Below are positions 46,129 through 64,000 of a stretch of 64,000 bases of DNA, in pieces (position 1 is the first letter of the stretch; each line of letters begins with the position of its first letter). A model generated the notes under the pieces. That model had not been told where the DNA came from. It searched no databases and saw nothing but the letters and a program-made list of their open reading frames with translations. The stretch lies in assembly GCA_964188305.1 (NCBI GenBank), contig OZ076888.1; one strand, written 5' to 3'. Origin of the DNA: Podarcis bocagei. Lineage: Eukaryota. The translations under genes were made by a program, and so were the position numbers.

Positions 46129-47379
46129 AAACCCACTATCAGTAGGAAGAATCATGGAACTGTACAACACATATCATTTGTCCCTTTCTCTGACAGAGAA
46201 GACTCTACCAGTCCCAGTGACAGCTTCATTTTATGCAGTACTCAGTTCATCAGATTCTGTCACCTGGCCAGCAGGTTAGCTATGCTCCACTTGCCTAATC
46301 TGTAAAAATGATCCCTGTGTCAAAAGATCAAAAATCCTTCTAATGAATGATGCAGTGCCCAGGGAAAGAACCATCTCCAAAGGACTGATGTTCTGCTTTT
46401 TTGGTTTTGAATTTTAAATTAAGGGATGTTAAGTTTAAGTACATTTATTATTGATCTGCAGCTCCTTGCACATAGAATGTTCTAAAGTCCAATAGTGCTT
46501 TAACTATCTTCTACTTATAAGAGCAATGATAGGATAATGGCGAGGATAAGAACTTAGTCCTAATTGGGGGGTGGACATTGCCTTTTCTTAAACTGTGATG
46601 TAGCAAATGTAAGTTTTAAGCAGCCAACGTCACAGTGCATAATTCCTGGTAAAAGTAAGACAAGAGCTCAAGCCTTGGATAAAACATCCTTGAGAAACCT
46701 CTCCAATCCCCAGTGCTGAAGGCTCCTTCTTCAGTGGTTGGGCAAATGCACACCCACTTGCATATATTCAGATGTCCTAGGCTAGGGCGAAGCCTTGGCT
46801 TCAGAAACAGATGCTGAGGCAGCGACTTTACACAGATTAAGCCCCACTCCTTTGCCTCTTTCTAAGGATGACACAGCCTACCGCAGCAAATAAACAAGTT
46901 TTCAAAATAATATGCAAATTGGTTTGCTTCAAAGGCTGGCTGCTGTACATTAGCAAGACAAAGATGCCAGGGAGGTTTAAAAAAGGATTTTGTCTGAGAG
47001 CAAAAGAGCATTTTCTTTCTCAAATGACAGTTGTAGGCATTCTTGGTAATAGGCTCCATGTGTGCCTGTTTGTCTAGCTGTGACCCGAGCTTGTGCGAGA
47101 AAAGCAAACCCATAAGACAACTGTTCCTTTTGCTGTGATGGCTTTGGACCGTGTCACTCAATTTCCTCTTTTTGCTGTCACTTGGCATATGCAAAGCAGA
47201 AACGAGGGAAGGGAGCCCCAATTCCCAAAGGACATTTTTACACAGGTGGAAGGATCCAGTCAAAGATGATGACCGATCTCCCCACCACACACACTCACAC
47301 ACACACACACAATCCACCTCACGCCCACGCACCCACCCACCAGCAAAGCATAATGTTGTGCTATTTTTGGTAACAAGAA

Positions 47380-47838
47380 GAGGGCCTCCCCTCAGACGAG
47401 AGAGAAAGGGAGAGCGCCGTGTATTTTCTCAGTTGCGTCACTTTGCAACCTAAAGCTGTGTTGTGCTCAGTGTTTCTTTGCGGTGATGCAAGCCCTCTTC
47501 TGCTTCTACAGCTGGTTGGATTTTCCTCCTCCCTGCCTTCACAGCACCTCGCAGGTTCCCTCTCTGAGAGCGCTACGCTGCTTGAGTGAATAGAAAGAAA
47601 CATACAGCTCAGCTGCAGGTTTTCCAGCTACAAAAAGAGAAAGAGAGAGAGAGAGGAAACATTCAGAGGGAAAGAGACAGAAAAGAGCTGGAGAAAGAGA
47701 GAGAGAAAGAGAAATATATTGCTGTGTCTTAACAAGAAAGACATTCAACGGCTGAATAAAAAGGTGCGGGGGGAAAACCCTGTTCATGTTTTGGGATATC
47801 ATTCTTTCAACTGGCTGGAACCAGAGTGGATCAAAAGA
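47380..47838 (+). promoter_or_regulatory. Probable LGI1 proximal promoter/5'UTR with purine-rich (GA) tract at ~47635-47712
   Basis: Directly upstream of the ATG; contains a TGCGTCA CRE-like half site; TSS not determinable from sequence. Confidence 0.5.
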
Positions 47839-61751
<13,913 letters not shown>

Positions 61752-62000
61752 CACACAGAGATTTTTGGAATCTGTTGTGAGGCTTCCTCCAATGATAACA
61801 AGGACCTAATGAACTAAATGCATGATGATGATTCTCTTTACTTCCAGTCTGCGGAATGCCTTTAACGGATCAGATTGCTAGAATCAAATACTACAAGTAT
61901 CTTCATCCGTAAATGTCACGTCTAGTGCTGTTGGGAATTGCTTTTTTTTTTTTAAGAAAAGACAAATTAAATCATTAATTATTCTTTGCAGTCACAATGG

Positions 62001-62311
62001 CTTGGATCCAAATTTAGTCATGCTTAAAGTAGACCCGTTGATATCAATGGTACATAGTACAGTGATGAGTAACTCAAGTCCCACTGATTCCAGTGGGTCT
62101 AGTCTAAACATGACTAAGGCTGCATACACACCATACATTTAGAGCACATTTAAAGCACATTCCCCTCACCCAAGAATCCTGGGAACTGCAGTTTATCTTT
62201 CACAGAGCTACAATTCCCAGCATCCTTAACAAACTACAGCTCACAGGATTCTTTGCCCGAGGGTGGGGGTCCTTAAAATATATCGTGTGTATGCAGGTAG
62301 TCTGGATCCAG
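62001..62311. mobile_element. Nested palindromic MITEs (inner element 62118-62297)
   Basis: Outer arms 62014-62036 / 62095-62117, with tggatcca at both extremes; inner TIRs CTGCATACACACCATACATTT / AAATATATCGTGTGTATGCAG flanked by TAA/TAG. Confidence 0.7.
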
Positions 62312-62417
62312 TGCTCTGTAAATATGTAGTGAAAATCCATCTATCTTGGGGGGGGGGGGGCGGCGGGGGATCCAATAAGATGTAATTTTCCATTCTTCAC
62401 CTATTTGAAAACTGCCA

Positions 62418-62423
62418 AATAAA
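62418..62423 (+). promoter_or_regulatory. Candidate LGI1 poly(A) signal
   Basis: First AATAAA after the stop, followed by T-rich sequence. Confidence 0.55.
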
Positions 62424-62604
62424 ACGTTTACATTTTCTTTCATATTCCAAATGGTATTTTGTTTCAGAATGATGTCATTTTTTAATGTACTTTTGCACCA
62501 ATTCAGCAGTTTCCTAGGGACATTGAGGTCCACTGTGAGGATGCCGCAAATGTAACACTGGACCTGGACCTATGTGGTTTGTTTGTTTTTAAGTTTGAAG
62601 AGCT

Positions 62605-63290
62605 GTTTTTTAATAATTTTTTAAATTATTTTTCAAAATTATGCAAATCAAGTCTAATTACATTACTTTACTACAGTTTCTTAAAATCGGGTTTCCCACT
62701 CCTGTTTCAAACATGTCAATCATTTCTTTCCGTAGATGCATCATTTCTTATTTAGTGTCCTGTTGTCATCCTTCGCTTGCCGTTAAACCATTCTTACAGC
62801 TGACTGCTTTCCCCCCGTTACAAACAGCATCTCTGCTACATCTTTTTACATACATATACATTTTTGTTCCAGACCTGGTGTGCTGGGAGAGTTCATTACT
62901 ATCTTCCATCGTTCAGTCCTTTGCAGTGTTTATCTGGATGGTACAAAGTCACATCCCATTCCTTCCACTGTTTACAGACTAGCGTATGGGCCGTAGCCAT
63001 TAATAACTCACAGGGTGTACATCCAGGCTCTGCCATTAAATTCTGCTCTGGAGTTCTTTCTCGGCACACAGTTAAGAGCAAGATCTTTCCTCAAATTCAG
63101 TCTCTTTACCACATCTGTTCAACTGCAGTTCATTCCCCCCCCCCCGCATTCCTCCGACAATACTCCAGCCCAGAAATAGTTGCAGATAAAGTCCATTCAG
63201 CCTCGACTGAGGGGGGAGGGCATACCAAAACCTTATTAAATTCCTTAGCATAAATCAAAAGCCTCCCCCCCTCTTTTTCAAAGTATCAGA
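62605..63290 (-). mobile_element. Probable L1/Tx1-like LINE 3' end; short homologous 3' piece at ~33632-33750
   Basis: T-rich tail on the plus strand; minus-strand ELLMATAHTLVCKQWK resembles the L1-clade ORF2 C-terminal A..I..WK motif; ggtttcccactcctgtt shared with 33725-33742. Confidence 0.5.
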
Positions 63291-64000
63291 CAGAATAACA
63301 AAGCAGTGGCTACACACATCTCTTTCATTATGCAGGTGAGGTCAAGAAAAGGAAAGACCATTTGAAAACTGTAAGAAAGCACAAAGCACCTTGTCCTCCC
63401 CCTTCCTTTCCCAGTTGTTGTAGGGGTTCTCAAGCTTCAGAAAAACATTCAAATACATTCAGAGAGCCAAGCCCAGTCCTTTTGGCAGCTGATTGATTGC
63501 AGCCCATTAGCATATGTCAGTCCAGGAGCACTTCTTGATTAAAGCCAATTGTCCAGACTAAGGAGGAGCCAACCACAAATCACGCCGGTAACAGAGGAAC
63601 GTCCAAGGCAGGGACACACTTCCAGGTTGTTCCCACTCTGCTGTTCAAGTTGGCAGACACAGGATTTCATGGTACTGTGGGATGCAGTGAACTCCCCAGA
63701 CCCTAGTGTGGAGCATTGCGAGGATTTATGCTTCACAAGTCCTTGCTTTCCCCTGCCTGAACTTCCTTGCAGCTTGTGGAGGGCTGCGAAGAACAACTGC
63801 CATTGGCTCGTGAAGTAGCTGGAAATGAACCTGGACCTATGTTATGACACTGTTGGACTTTTCTAGCCACTTGAAATGCATAGCTCCCAAACTCTAAATA
63901 TGGATATCTTTGGGTACAACACAGCTCCATAGAAATGGAGGAAATGAGTGTGTGGCACCCCACTTTCCATGACTTACACAGGGGGAAAATCCTGTTGAAT

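Noticed and set aside
47536-47556. Partial resemblance to an RE1/NRSE element (ttcacagcacctcgcagg) in the LGI1 promoter
   Set aside because: The spacing and right half do not fit the TTCAGCACC..GGACAG consensus.

Overview
Vertebrate genomic DNA, almost certainly from a squamate. It is probably a lacertid lizard, judging from the Sauria SINE, BovB, L2/CR1 and CAGTGGTACCTC-type MITE content. The window carries the conserved syntenic block PDE6C (+, last 10 exons, 33-8064), FRA10AC1 (-, complete, 14 coding exons, 322 aa, 32986-11977, CpG-island promoter) and LGI1 (+, complete, 8 exons, 543 aa, 47839-61751). All exons were read by hand from splice sites, and the reading frames join without breaks. 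Most ORFs in the supplied track are spurious, or are exon/TE fragments. I found no convincing wholly new biological system. The most noteworthy items are gene-level oddities: (1) a U12-type (minor spliceosome) intron and a GC-AG intron in the splicing-factor gene FRA10AC1; (2) start codons shifted relative to the mammalian genes in both FRA10AC1 and LGI1; (3) an out-of-frame overlapping uORF across the LGI1 start; (4) a poly-Ala/14xGly spacer before the PDE6C CaaX box; (5) a near-perfect 73-nt hairpin upstream of FRA10AC1; (6) nested hairpin-forming MITEs inside the probable LGI1 3'UTR; and (7) a young BovB insertion sharing its 3' motif with a Sauria SINE. Comparisons to human sequences are from memory and need checking.
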